Virus record (IMG/VR): IMGVR_UViG_3300031997_000001
Coordinates: 62,001-126,000 of that record
Reading direction: 5' to 3' (one strand)
Length of the DNA: 64,000 nt
Within the stretch, counting starts at the first letter, position 1, and the number at the start of each line of letters is the position of its first letter. The translations under genes and the position numbers were made by a program. Below are positions 38,081 through 47,991 of this stretch, piece by piece. The notes beneath the pieces are model-generated. The model was not told the origin of the DNA and did no database searches. It saw only the letters and a program-made list of their open reading frames with translations.

Positions 38081-41000
38081 TCTTGATGAAATCCAGGTCT
38101 TGATGGGCTGTATTGGTATAGATCATTGTGATTTTGTCAGATATGACGCATGGTTCATCTTTCCACCTTGAAACGAACTCGAAGTCATGGCTATAAGAAG
38201 CTTCGGTCCTGTCTTTCCAGAATCCAAATTTTCTCACAAGCCATTTCTTGTGCATCACGGCTGATGTATCCACCCTATATAGTCTTGGCTTGTCGCAGAT
38301 TATATCTACGGATTTAGATCCGTCTGGTTCAACCATCCTAAAGGACCCAAGCGCATAGCTGAAATTCCCACTACTTATTTTTGCATAAAGAGACGACAAA
38401 TGATCTGGTGTATAGATACAATCGTCGTCAAGATAAGCAATGATCTGTCCGGCCGCGTGCATTATTCCGTAATTACGTGGTATAGCCCCGCCGGCCCCAT
38501 GGTTGGTCGGCAGGTTATAGGCGCGGACCTGCGTGCTCAAGACGCCCATCCAGTCTTCCACTTTCAACGATGGGCACTTGTCCCCGACGATAATGACTTC
38601 GAGGTTCGTGTAGTCCTGGGCGAGGATCGAATAGACCGCCTTCTTGAGCAGCTCAGGCCGGTCGTATGTCGGGACGACGACGCTGACCAGCGGCCCGCAG
38701 AAGACCTTCTTGATCCGGTCGTCGTCCAGCCTATCGTAGTCCAGGATAGGCCACTCGGCCCGCACTTTCGCCTTGTAGTCCGCGTCCGTGAAGTAGGGCT
38801 CTGCGGCCATCAGCTTCGAGTAGAAGTCCTCGATGCCGGTCCGCCTCTTCTGATCGTGGAGAACGATCATGTGGCTATTCATCGCGTTCTTGACGAGGAC
38901 TTGGTTGGGCGAACCGATGAGCTTTTCGTGAACCTTGAACGCCCACCTAATGCTCTTCTTGCACCGATAGGCGATAGGCTTCGGGACGAATGTGCGGATC
39001 GATCCGTCCGGATAGACGGCCTGGAGCGGCGAGAGCACGATATCTGCGGCGGTGGACGCCAGGAACTCCCGCAGGTTCTCGATCGTGTGCTGGTCTAGAC
39101 GTTCGTCCGGATCGATCATGACGACCCAGTCGCCCTCGCTGGCGAACTTGTCGGTCGCCATGTTCCTGGCCGTGGCGAAGTCGAAGTTGCGTCCGATGCC
39201 CGTCTCATCGAAGCGGCTACAGTGGACGCCGATGTTCCTGGCCTTCTCTACCGTCTTGTCGCCGGAGCCGGTGTCCAGCATGTGCCAGTCCAGGCTCACG
39301 GATCCGAACTGCTGGAAGTAGCCCTCGATCGAGGCTTCCTCGTCCTTGGCGATGCAGACGATCTTGATCCTCGGGTGCAGCTTCTCATATTTCTGTCGGT
39401 TCGTGTCCATGACTTCATAGACGTTCTTGCCAAGGGCCTGGAACGTCGCATGGCGTTCGTGATTGATCCAGGTACTGGCTACGACCTTGCACTTGATCTT
39501 CTGGGTGCGGGCGCGAGCACAGAAGTCGTCGTCCTCATAAGTCAGCAGGCGCGTGTCGAATCCGCCGATCTTCCAGAAATTGGCCGTCGTCATCATCATG
39601 CAGATGCCGACAACGGCTTCCGGCTCTATATCCGTCGATGGCGTAGCTTCCCTCGGGAGGTCGCCCTGAGGCGGCTTGGCTCGGTTGCAGAAGGGGGCAG
39701 CGATGAAGCCCTCGGAGGCGGCCTTGGCCAGGCGCTGGACGGAGTCGTCGACGAATTCGGCGTCGTCGTTCATGAAGCAGATCATCGGGCGGCTGGCAAA
39801 TCCGGCGCCGTGGTTGCACCCCGCAGCATAACCGATGTTCGTCTCGAGCTTGACGATTTTATCCGCGAGCTTCTGTTCCGCCTCAGTGACCTCGCACCCG
39901 TTGGCGACGAGGATCGTCTCCGAATTCGCGGCGTTAATCTTGATCGACCGCAGGCAGCGCTCGACCAGGAAGTTGTGGCTCGGATTGTGTACGGCCTTGA
40001 GCACGACATAGCTTACATCCCTGGCAGTCATGGCGCTGGAGCCAGTCTGGGTCGTATTCTCGATGTTAAAGTTGTAGTGGTAGAGCGCCCGTTCGATCCG
40101 GACCTGCTTGTCGACGTGTTCCCTCATCCGGATGGACCAGTCGACGTCCTCGGCGACCTGCATTTCCTTGAACTCGCAGCGCCGGGCCAGCTCGGTCCTG
40201 TGGACCATGAGATGGTTCGGCATGCGCTGGAAGATCTCTGGGTCCTTGTTGGAATTGGGGTATTCCTTGCCGTACTTGCAGATCTTATCCTTGCCGCCGG
40301 CGTATCCGTGGACCACCGTGTCAAAAACGACGACGTCCACGCCAGGGTTCTTGCTTATGGCGTCCAGGATGGCATCGACATAATCCGGTTCCACCCTGTC
40401 GTCGTCGTCCACGAAGCAGATGTACTTGCCCTTGGCCTGCTTGACGATCAGGTTTCTCTTCTCGCCGACCTTGCTGACCTTGTTGTCCAGGATGCTCAGG
40501 ACCTCGACGGACTTGCCTTCCGCCTGCTTGACCAGGTCCTCGATGACGTCAGAGTATGACGTCCGGACGCGCGGGGGGATGCCGCAGACGCCGATGGTCA
40601 GCGTGATCTCCTTCTTGACGACAGGATTCAGGCGGTTGTGGTTGACGACGGCGAATTCCTGCAGGTAGAACTGCTGACCATACGCGAGGTGCTGCTGAAT
40701 GGACAGATTCTTGGTGAACGTCGTATTCGTCCAGTTGTCCCGGAACCGGTAGTAGTAAAGCGGCTTGTCGATGTGCAGGCACTTCGACCGCAGGAAGAAC
40801 TTGGCGTAGACGTCCCAGTCGTCTGCGACGGGGATGTTCTGGTTATACCCGCCCAGCTCCCTGAACGTGCGAGCCCTGTAGGCCCTGACGTGGTTGGGGC
40901 CGACCGTCAGGAACCAGCCAAACTGCTGGGTGAAGTGAGGGCCAAACCTATCATAGATGTCTGGGTTGATGCATTCCAGCATCTTCTTGCCGCGATATTC

Positions 41001-41765
41001 GACCCACCTATACTTGGACTTCCAGAAGTCGTCCATGAACTGGTGCGGCTGCCCGTTCTCGAAGTAATTGAACGAGTTCGAGTAGACCATGCCGACTTCC
41101 GGGTCGGATTCGAAGCCCTTCTTCACCTCGTCAAGGCAAGTTTCCATCAGCATGTCGTCGTGGTCCAGCTCGACCAGATATTCGCCGTTGCACAGCCTCG
41201 TGGCCATGCACTTCATCCCGCCGATCTTGCCACAGGGCTTTCCATTTCTATAGGGCCGGACGCGGATGTCTTCCTTTGCGAATTCCTGCAGCTTCTCCCA
41301 GGTGCCATCCGATGAACAGTCGTCGACGACGACCCATTCCCAGTTGTTGTAAGTCTGATCCTTCAGGGACTGATAAGTCTCCCGCAAGTAATCCCCTGTG
41401 TTGTAGGTCGGCGTATAGACGGAGATAAGCGGGTTGTATTTCTGGTTGACGTGCGAACCCCAGACACTGCCGGCGTAGCACTCTTCGATGACCCTTACGA
41501 CGTCATCTATCTTGGCATTCACGTCGACGTTGATCCACTTCTTCCGGATCTCGAAAGCGGACAGATTGAGCGCGCCGGGGATGAAAGTAGAGGTGAGGAT
41601 GACATCCGGCTGGAACTGGGCTATCGTCGATAGGACGTTCGTGGCGTCATCGATATGCTTGACGTTGTAGAGCTTACAGCCCTTATGGGGTACATCCTTC
41701 GTCTCTATGACCGGCAAGTCCCATGGCTTGCCGACCGTCAGGATCTTGACGCCCTGGGTTGCCAT
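38073..41765 (-). CDS. Multi-domain glycosyltransferase with five GT2-like domains (1230 aa)
   Basis: ISVYTPTYN..ELDHDD; LTIGVCGIP..FVDDDD; VSYVVL..FMNDDA; IVCIAKDEE..IDPDE; VSVVVPTYDR..YLDDDC. Confidence 0.88.
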   Translation of the reverse strand: MATQGVKILTVGKPWDLPVIETKDVPHKGCKLYNVKHIDDATNVLSTIAQFQPDVILTSTFIPGALNLSAFEIRKKWINVDVNAKIDDVVRVIEECYAGSVWGSHVNQKYNPLISVYTPTYNTGDYLRETYQSLKDQTYNNWEWVVVDDCSSDGTWEKLQEFAKEDIRVRPYRNGKPCGKIGGMKCMATRLCNGEYLVELDHDDMLMETCLDEVKKGFESDPEVGMVYSNSFNYFENGQPHQFMDDFWKSKYRWVEYRGKKMLECINPDIYDRFGPHFTQQFGWFLTVGPNHVRAYRARTFRELGGYNQNIPVADDWDVYAKFFLRSKCLHIDKPLYYYRFRDNWTNTTFTKNLSIQQHLAYGQQFYLQEFAVVNHNRLNPVVKKEITLTIGVCGIPPRVRTSYSDVIEDLVKQAEGKSVEVLSILDNKVSKVGEKRNLIVKQAKGKYICFVDDDDRVEPDYVDAILDAISKNPGVDVVVFDTVVHGYAGGKDKICKYGKEYPNSNKDPEIFQRMPNHLMVHRTELARRCEFKEMQVAEDVDWSIRMREHVDKQVRIERALYHYNFNIENTTQTGSSAMTARDVSYVVLKAVHNPSHNFLVERCLRSIKINAANSETILVANGCEVTEAEQKLADKIVKLETNIGYAAGCNHGAGFASRPMICFMNDDAEFVDDSVQRLAKAASEGFIAAPFCNRAKPPQGDLPREATPSTDIEPEAVVGICMMMTTANFWKIGGFDTRLLTYEDDDFCARARTQKIKCKVVASTWINHERHATFQALGKNVYEVMDTNRQKYEKLHPRIKIVCIAKDEEASIEGYFQQFGSVSLDWHMLDTGSGDKTVEKARNIGVHCSRFDETGIGRNFDFATARNMATDKFASEGDWVVMIDPDERLDQHTIENLREFLASTAADIVLSPLQAVYPDGSIRTFVPKPIAYRCKKSIRWAFKVHEKLIGSPNQVLVKNAMNSHMIVLHDQKRRTGIEDFYSKLMAAEPYFTDADYKAKVRAEWPILDYDRLDDDRIKKVFCGPLVSVVVPTYDRPELLKKAVYSILAQDYTNLEVIIVGDKCPSLKVEDWMGVLSTQVRAYNLPTNHGAGGAIPRNYGIMHAAGQIIAYLDDDCIYTPDHLSSLYAKISSGNFSYALGSFRMVEPDGSKSVDIICDKPRLYRVDTSAVMHKKWLVRKFGFWKDRTEASYSHDFEFVSRWKDEPCVISDKITMIYTNTAHQDLDFIKNA

Positions 41766-42061
41766 CAGTTCTTCCTGTGAATGATGCCATCCGCTTCCTT
41801 GATCTCGTCCTTCATCTTTCTAAATTCCTTGACGGCGAGCAGATGCGTATCCTCGTAGCAGTTGGTGATAGGGAATATCTTGGGTATGATGGCGAATCCG
41901 CGCTGTTCCGAGATGATCCGCTTCACTATGTTTTCTGCCTGCCTCTGGGTCTGCGTAATCCCGCCGATGAACGGCCCCTTGAAGTCCACGCCGCTCTTGC
42001 GGCGTATGTTGGACAGCTTGAGGTACATCACTAGGTACTTATCTTGATCGGTTATTTTCAT
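41765..42061 (-). CDS. Hypothetical protein
   Basis: 98-aa ORF overlapping both neighbours. Confidence 0.7.
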   Translation of the reverse strand: MKITDQDKYLVMYLKLSNIRRKSGVDFKGPFIGGITQTQRQAENIVKRIISEQRGFAIIPKIFPITNCYEDTHLLAVKEFRKMKDEIKEADGIIHRKN

Positions 42062-42639
42062 CGTCCACTACTCCCAAAACCGTCCGTGCCGCGTTCGGTC
42101 TTTGGAAGCTCATCGACGCCGACGATCTCGATGGGATGGCCAGTGAGGGGTGTCCTCTTTACGAGAGACGCCTCGTCGCCGTCCGTGTAATTGGGAATGT
42201 TTTCCTGCGCTTCCCAGACCATGAATTTCGGGATGATAATGAGCTGCGCCAGCTTCTCGAATTCCTTGACGCGCACCGTCTCAGCGTTCGGGTTCTTGAC
42301 CAGGACGTAGAGCGGGCCGGTGAAGCCTGTGTCGATGACGCCTTCGTAGACCACGAGGTGGCGCTTCCAGCCAGTGCTGGACCGCGGCTTAATGTTGCCC
42401 CAGGAGTGCTCTGGGACCTTGACGGCCATTCCGCATGGGACTTCTGCGATGCCCATGGGCGGAATGTCGAACCATCGTTCCTTCCAGTCGATGTAATAGT
42501 CCTTATGTGGCGCGATTTTCAGCTTGTCTGTCATGACCACTGGCAGATCAAGCCCGACGTCGTTCGCCTTGGCGTACTTCAGGACGAACCCGGCCTTTTT
42601 CAGTTCCTCGTCGTACTTGACCTGGAGCCTGTTGTGCAT
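42058..42639 (-). CDS. dut: Trimeric dUTPase
   Basis: Motifs I-V: VGLDL, KPRSS, GVIDTGFTG, AQLII, RGTDGFGSSG. Confidence 0.93.
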   Translation of the reverse strand: MHNRLQVKYDEELKKAGFVLKYAKANDVGLDLPVVMTDKLKIAPHKDYYIDWKERWFDIPPMGIAEVPCGMAVKVPEHSWGNIKPRSSTGWKRHLVVYEGVIDTGFTGPLYVLVKNPNAETVRVKEFEKLAQLIIIPKFMVWEAQENIPNYTDGDEASLVKRTPLTGHPIEIVGVDELPKTERGTDGFGSSGR

Positions 42640-42700
42640 AGATCATCTCCGCAGTCTTGTTATTGATGCGAGGCTGATCATCATGCCACTAAAATACGGC

Positions 42701-43102
42701 TCAGGCGTGGAAGTGCGTTTTCTGTTTTGCGATGAGGCGCTGGTTGGGGCGTGGATCCTTAGTCTTCACGATGGACATCTGCCTGCCATCTGCGAACCGG
42801 TCTCCCGTTATCTGAAATTCCAGGTACTTATGCTTCGCACGCGTCTTCGTCAGGACGTTGACGAACTTCCGGGCCGCGGCGGCCGCCTGCCATAAGTCCT
42901 GCTCGAGCTTCTTGGCCTTTATGACGGCTTCGCCGCTCGTGCTGAAATAACTGACCGGATTGACGTGCGGGACGAAGTCTAGGACGCTGAATTGCCAGGC
43001 ATCTTTGGGTTGGTGGGGCTGGGGCGGGTGCCCGAGCCTGGCGTACGTCTCAGGCTCTACGTATTTGGCCTGAACCTGCGTAGGCAGAATTTTTGGGCTC
43101 AT
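42701..43102 (-). CDS. Hypothetical protein
   Basis: 133-aa ORF preceded by GTAAATAG. Confidence 0.7.
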   Translation of the reverse strand: MSPKILPTQVQAKYVEPETYARLGHPPQPHQPKDAWQFSVLDFVPHVNPVSYFSTSGEAVIKAKKLEQDLWQAAAAARKFVNVLTKTRAKHKYLEFQITGDRFADGRQMSIVKTKDPRPNQRLIAKQKTHFHA

Positions 43103-43108
43103 GCAAGC

Positions 43109-43116
43109 CTATTTAC
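43109..43116 (-). promoter_or_regulatory. GTAAATAG promoter-like motif
   Basis: 6 nt upstream of ATG 43102; intergenic. Confidence 0.6.
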
Positions 43117-43135
43117 TCGCGAATTCTATTCTACT

Positions 43136-43360
43136 TTATTGGTCCGTGCAGACTTTCGCGCGACGCCATAGGTAGGGCTTATTTCGCGGCTTGTCCTGGT
43201 AAGGTGGCTGGGGGCCGCCGGATTGGAACTGCTGCTTGACCTGCGTCAGGAACTTGTGCTTCTTGGGGCGCGGCCGCTTCTCGCCGAAGAATGGCGTGCG
43301 CGACCAGCCTGCGATGGCCCCGGTGGAGACGCTTTCCGTGTAGAGGCTGCTCAGGCGCAT
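43136..43360 (-). CDS. Small basic hypothetical protein, possible head-internal protein
   Basis: MRLSSLYTESVSTGAIAG N-terminus; Lys/Arg/Pro-rich. Confidence 0.65.
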   Translation of the reverse strand: MRLSSLYTESVSTGAIAGWSRTPFFGEKRPRPKKHKFLTQVKQQFQSGGPQPPYQDKPRNKPYLWRRAKVCTDQ

Positions 43361-43635
43361 TAGTCGATCTTGCCAATGGACCGGAGGGAATCCATCCGGG
43401 TCCTGTTCAGGCGGACGACGTCTGGGCGTGCGGACGATCCGATGGCGAAGTTGCTGATGACGAGCTTGTCGAAGGCCATGGGTACGTCGCCCTTGTTCAT
43501 GCCGGGGACTTCCATGGCCTTGCTGAACTCAAACTCCTCGTTGCGGACGTAGCGGTCCAGCAGGAACTTTAGGAGCTCTTTGGCTTCCGTCTGAAGCTTG
43601 GCAACCTCTTCCTTGACGTCCACCGTCGTTTCCAT
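43360..43635 (-). CDS. Hypothetical protein
   Basis: 91-aa ORF with 1-nt overlaps on both sides. Confidence 0.7.
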   Translation of the reverse strand: METTVDVKEEVAKLQTEAKELLKFLLDRYVRNEEFEFSKAMEVPGMNKGDVPMAFDKLVISNFAIGSSARPDVVRLNRTRMDSLRSIGKID

Positions 43636-44447
43636 TACGGACCTTCTTTCGGGACCTCGGAAAGGCCGAGGGAGCCAAGCGCCTGCTCGAGCGAGGGGAA
43701 CTCAAACTCCTGTTGTCTGTGGTAGATTAACTTTGCGTAAGCCCTGAGCCAATAAGGCGCTTGCTTCCAGGACGCTTCATCGATGAGCCCGCTGAAGACG
43801 CCGGCGGAGTTGTCAAACTTATCCAGGTCTTCCTTGGAGAAGATCGCGGACCTGACGACGGCCAGGGCGTCGGCGTCGTCCACGGAGATCTCGGCAACGT
43901 TGATGGAGGGGCCATCGCTCTTCGTGAGGATGATCGAATCCTCGAGAGCCCCCTTCCCTTCATCGCCCGAATTGACGCGCCGCCAGCCAGACGCGCTCTC
44001 TTCCGGGTCCTCGCTCACCGGCGGACCAAACGGAGGCGTGAAGATGACGGGCCGGCCATCCGCATGGCGCTGGGCATGCCGATCGCGCGGATCCATCGGC
44101 ATCTCATAAGGGTCGTTGTGGGACTCGTCCCTGACCCCGCCTCCGCCGGTGAAGTCAGCCATTCCGCCGGTCGATACGCATTCGGCCAGCGGATTGGGAT
44201 CCGCATCGTCAAGGATGACGCTGTGCTTCGCGGCCCGCTGCGCCAGGATCGCATCGTTCCCGTCCAGGATCGTCCTGACCGGCATGCCTCCCCGGGCGCG
44301 TCCGCGTGCGTGAGCTCCTTCGACTATGACGGCGCCGTACCAGCGTCCATTCGGGGATAGTCCGTAGCTAGATTCAAACGTTCCCTGAATAGCGAAGTAC
44401 TCGCTATTGGGTGAATAACGCGTCAATTGGTCCAGAACAGATTCCAT
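43635..44447 (-). CDS. Hypothetical acidic protein
   Basis: 270-aa ORF with AT-rich promoter-like region upstream. Confidence 0.75.
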   Translation of the reverse strand: MESVLDQLTRYSPNSEYFAIQGTFESSYGLSPNGRWYGAVIVEGAHARGRARGGMPVRTILDGNDAILAQRAAKHSVILDDADPNPLAECVSTGGMADFTGGGGVRDESHNDPYEMPMDPRDRHAQRHADGRPVIFTPPFGPPVSEDPEESASGWRRVNSGDEGKGALEDSIILTKSDGPSINVAEISVDDADALAVVRSAIFSKEDLDKFDNSAGVFSGLIDEASWKQAPYWLRAYAKLIYHRQQEFEFPSLEQALGSLGLSEVPKEGP

Positions 44448-44481
44448 ATTTTATATTTGTGTAGATATTTTAATTCTATTA

Positions 44482-44489
44482 CTATTTAC
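44482..44489 (-). promoter_or_regulatory. GTAAATAG promoter-like motif
   Basis: In the AT-rich intergenic region upstream of ATG 44447. Confidence 0.6.
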
Positions 44490-44508
44490 TAGTTCCTGGA
44501 CACAGGCT

Positions 44509-45102
44509 TTAGTGAGATGCCGGCTTCTGAAACATCTTCGTCTCGTACATCTTCTCGGGGAGCTTCGAGGCTACGTCTGCGAACTTGGGCAGGAGGTACT
44601 CGATGTAGGCCGTATCGTCTATGTATACGACGCTGACGCCAGCCATCCTCTTTGTGAAGTCGGCGACCTGCTTCTGTAATTCAACCCTATTTTGATGTTG
44701 GATGATAAGCTTATGTGGGAAACTCAAAAGGTCGGGCCTATAGACCTTGAATACGCTGTGCTTATTAAGTTTTGGATTCCGGGAAGCTAATGGGATCGGG
44801 AGGACGGGGAGCGTGTCCTGTTTCGGTTGGCGCCGGGTACATGCGGGCGCCTGCTGGTCCGTGCGTGCTACAAGGAGCGGATACCTATGGACGACGAACT
44901 GCTCGAACTTGTCGCCGAGGCCCTTACTGTAGATGACCTCCCGGATGGCCAGCATCTTCTCCTTGTTGGCGCGGCATCCCTTCCCGGACTTGAGAAAGGT
45001 ACGCAAGTCCTCCAGCAGGTCCGGTACGTGTTCCCCGAGCCAGGCCTGCCAGTCCGGCGCACGAACTAGACCGCAGAATTGAGCCTCTCTGAGAGGAAGC
45101 AT
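44509..45102 (-). CDS. Hypothetical protein
   Basis: 197-aa ORF with GTAAATAG 3 nt before the ATG. Confidence 0.75.
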   Translation of the reverse strand: MLPLREAQFCGLVRAPDWQAWLGEHVPDLLEDLRTFLKSGKGCRANKEKMLAIREVIYSKGLGDKFEQFVVHRYPLLVARTDQQAPACTRRQPKQDTLPVLPIPLASRNPKLNKHSVFKVYRPDLLSFPHKLIIQHQNRVELQKQVADFTKRMAGVSVVYIDDTAYIEYLLPKFADVASKLPEKMYETKMFQKPASH

Positions 45103-45105
45103 AGG

Positions 45106-45113
45106 CTATTTAC
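45106..45113 (-). promoter_or_regulatory. GTAAATAG promoter-like motif
   Basis: 3 nt upstream of ATG 45102. Confidence 0.6.
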
Positions 45114-45127
45114 GTCATCCGGCTGTT

Positions 45128-45355
45128 TTACAGATCCTCGGGAAGCATCCCCAGATACTCTTCTACGATTCTCTTCGGGGCCTCGATCAGCTTATATCCT
45201 CCTCGCTTCCCGACAAGGCCGAAGTCTGAATCCTCATCTAGTTCGATCTGGAGGGCGACGAAATCGGCAGTTGTTGGTTGCTTTACGTAGCCCGCGAAAT
45301 GGACGACCTCGCCTGACGGGCTCACGGCAATGATTCCGTGGGTGAATGGCATCAT
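45128..45355 (-). CDS. Hypothetical protein
   Basis: 75-aa ORF overlapping the upstream stop. Confidence 0.65.
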   Translation of the reverse strand: MMPFTHGIIAVSPSGEVVHFAGYVKQPTTADFVALQIELDEDSDFGLVGKRGGYKLIEAPKRIVEEYLGMLPEDL

Positions 45356-47991
45356 CAGAAGATGCGAGGGAAGAGGATGACCTGATGTTCTGCGAGGTCC
45401 CCGTGGTAGAAGGTGACCTGTCCGGCCTGGAGCATGGCCAGGAACTGGCTTTCCAGGACGGCATCCTCGACGAATTCGACGTATCCGGAGGTCGGGACGC
45501 CGATCCCTTCCCGGGAGGGCATGAGGACTGGCCAGGCGAGACTGGGGTGGCCGCGCTCATTGAGGAACTTCGCGATGCATTCCGTCGTGGCGCTCTCACC
45601 GCCGCCGCACGATCCGTCAGGCCCGATCGACCGCTTGATGATGGCCCAGGGAGCGCCCATGAATTCGACCACCGCGGAGCAGCAGGCATTGATCCGGAGG
45701 CCGCGGATGTACCAGTCCACCTGGCTGGCGGGCATGAAGCATCCGGGGCCGCTCTTCCGGAAGATGAAGGTGTTGTTCTTGAGGGAGTCGCCGATCCCAG
45801 CTGTGCCCGGCGGGAGGGCGTCCATGTCGCCTTCGTAGACGTCCGTCTGGGCCAGGGTGACGACGGATCCGTCGCTCGAGGCATACCGCAGGCGCTGCAT
45901 GTAGCCGAGGTCCAGGAACTTGATCTTGATCTCCCAGGCCGGATTGACCTGCTGGAGGAATCCCAAGGCGCCGCCCCTGCCGTGGACCGTTATGAGGGTA
46001 TCGCTGTAGACCCACTCCCCGGTAAACTTGTTGCTGAGCTTCGTAAGCTCCCCTGCGTCGTTGAGCGCCAGGATGTTGACCGGCTGGTCGTTGCCGTCGA
46101 TTGAGATCTGGAGGCTGATGGACTTCTGCTGGTCCACGTTCTTCTTGTTCATTACGATGAACATGGACAGCCCGTCAGACCCGTCGTAGAAGAACACGAA
46201 CATCTCGTTCCGGTTCATGATCGGGCCGTAGGTGAGATTCGGGCCCGATTCGTCGCAGTTCGGATCAGCCGGGACGCAGGGTGCTCCGCCGCCCTTTTCC
46301 TTCCCTAGGGAGTAGTTCGTCGCGGCATCCAGCGATCCGAGATAGGGCAGGCCAGCTCCCAGCTGGTTTTCCGGCGCGGTGCCGTCCATATAGACGTCGA
46401 TAATGTCTTCGACGGTATGGCCAGACGTCAGGATGAGTTCCGTGGGCTGCTCGAAGCAACGGGACTGCTTGGCGCAGATGATGACCTCGCCAGAGTTGTC
46501 GTTGCCGAAGGCATCATCCACCCACATCTTGACGGGTCCACCAGGATGATTGAAGGTCAGCGTAAGGCCGACATAGGCCGACGCGGCATCGGCGTTGTTG
46601 TTGAAGTCCCCGAAGTCCGGGAAGTATTCCGTAGTCTTGCCGTACTGGATGGCGGCTCGGCCAGTGTAGCGGCCCGTGTTAAGCGTCTTATTCACGCAGC
46701 AGTTAGTGATCTGGATGGTATAACATCCAGCCGGAAGCGTACCCACTACGGCTGTCTCGGGCGTCAGGTTCTTCTTGCCGTTTATGATGAACTCGACCGC
46801 GCATTCCCTGCATTCCGCAGGGTCGTGCATCGTGGCGGTGCCGGGGACGAGGCAGTTCTTGTCCAGAGCGTCGTAGTTGACCTGCTTGGCGTCGTCCAGG
46901 CCACCCAGGACGACCCTGAGATTGTTCCCGGCTGCGCCGACGGCTATACCTTCGACCCTCTCGCGGGCCCTGGCGTTTCTGGCACGGGTCGTGTAGTTCT
47001 CCAGCGCGCAGCAGATGGCCGCCTTCTGCTGGTTGAAGAGCGTGATCATCCTGTTGAGCCAGGCCTTGACGATCTCTTCCTTCTGGCGCTTGAGCTCGTA
47101 GACGAGCTCCTGGAAGCGCTGGTCGATGGATTGGAGGATGGCGTCGATGTAAAGGAACTTGAGCTTGACGCAGACGCGGCAGCTATACTTGCAGTCAGGG
47201 CTCTTTTCCCGCAGGAAGGTGATGTCCGTAGGCGAGCCGTCCAGGACGACGACCCACGGACTCTTCTTGTCGATAGGGACCACTTCGCTTGGGCAGGCTG
47301 TCGGATTTCCCACGTTGGCCCGCGTCAGGACGAGCTTCCCTTCCTTGTCGCCTTCCAGGGCGGTCACGTCCACGATGGCGAGATTCTTGTCTCCGGAGCG
47401 CTCCGTAGGGACCGGGTCTTCCGTCACGGCCCCGGTAAAAGGCGCATTCTTTCCGCTGGCTCCTATTTCCCCGATGGGCCCTGTGTCAAGCTGGTCGATT
47501 CCGTCGTACCCTGTCTCTCCCTTCTTTCCGGCATCTCCCGTCTTCTGTCTGACCGTCAGGTTTCCGCGCTTTTCTACTTCCTTGAGGAGCTCCTCTATGT
47601 CCAGGCTGAAATCGATGCCATAGACATCCTTGACGACGTTCCATTCGACTGCCGTCTTAACGCCATCAGGGCCTACCAGGTCAAGACTGGTCTCGATCTG
47701 CAGGAAGTTGTCCAGCGACTTCAGGTCGATGATCCCCGAATCGAGCTCCACCGAGCACCCATCGGGCTTGAGCTTGATGACGGGAGGCGGGACGATAAGG
47801 CCCTTCAGCTTCTTGAAGTCCACCCTGTCCATGAGCCCGTCATCAGCCGGCGTGGCAAGGCCGATGGCCGTATAGCCGTCCAGCCTGATCCAGGCGTTGG
47901 CGCTCTTATTGAACTGATAATAGACATCTTTCAAAATTTCATAAATCATTTTGTCGGGCGCGTCAGATGGGAATTTTATGCTGAAGGACAT
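45355..47991 (-). CDS. Cys-rich putative virion structural protein with a short collagen-like segment (paralogue of 49003..50673)
   Basis: Start moved to MSFSIKF; the track start at 48069 lies inside the LAGLIDADG gene. GDAGKKGETGYDG..GPIGEIGASGK. Confidence 0.75.
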   Translation of the reverse strand: MSFSIKFPSDAPDKMIYEILKDVYYQFNKSANAWIRLDGYTAIGLATPADDGLMDRVDFKKLKGLIVPPPVIKLKPDGCSVELDSGIIDLKSLDNFLQIETSLDLVGPDGVKTAVEWNVVKDVYGIDFSLDIEELLKEVEKRGNLTVRQKTGDAGKKGETGYDGIDQLDTGPIGEIGASGKNAPFTGAVTEDPVPTERSGDKNLAIVDVTALEGDKEGKLVLTRANVGNPTACPSEVVPIDKKSPWVVVLDGSPTDITFLREKSPDCKYSCRVCVKLKFLYIDAILQSIDQRFQELVYELKRQKEEIVKAWLNRMITLFNQQKAAICCALENYTTRARNARARERVEGIAVGAAGNNLRVVLGGLDDAKQVNYDALDKNCLVPGTATMHDPAECRECAVEFIINGKKNLTPETAVVGTLPAGCYTIQITNCCVNKTLNTGRYTGRAAIQYGKTTEYFPDFGDFNNNADAASAYVGLTLTFNHPGGPVKMWVDDAFGNDNSGEVIICAKQSRCFEQPTELILTSGHTVEDIIDVYMDGTAPENQLGAGLPYLGSLDAATNYSLGKEKGGGAPCVPADPNCDESGPNLTYGPIMNRNEMFVFFYDGSDGLSMFIVMNKKNVDQQKSISLQISIDGNDQPVNILALNDAGELTKLSNKFTGEWVYSDTLITVHGRGGALGFLQQVNPAWEIKIKFLDLGYMQRLRYASSDGSVVTLAQTDVYEGDMDALPPGTAGIGDSLKNNTFIFRKSGPGCFMPASQVDWYIRGLRINACCSAVVEFMGAPWAIIKRSIGPDGSCGGGESATTECIAKFLNERGHPSLAWPVLMPSREGIGVPTSGYVEFVEDAVLESQFLAMLQAGQVTFYHGDLAEHQVILFPRIF

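Noticed and set aside
39222-47623. Long plus-strand ORFs (39222..40559, 40638..41315, 46417..48087 and others)
   Set aside because: They are in-register or off-frame antisense shadows of GC-rich minus-strand genes and have no recognisable motifs.
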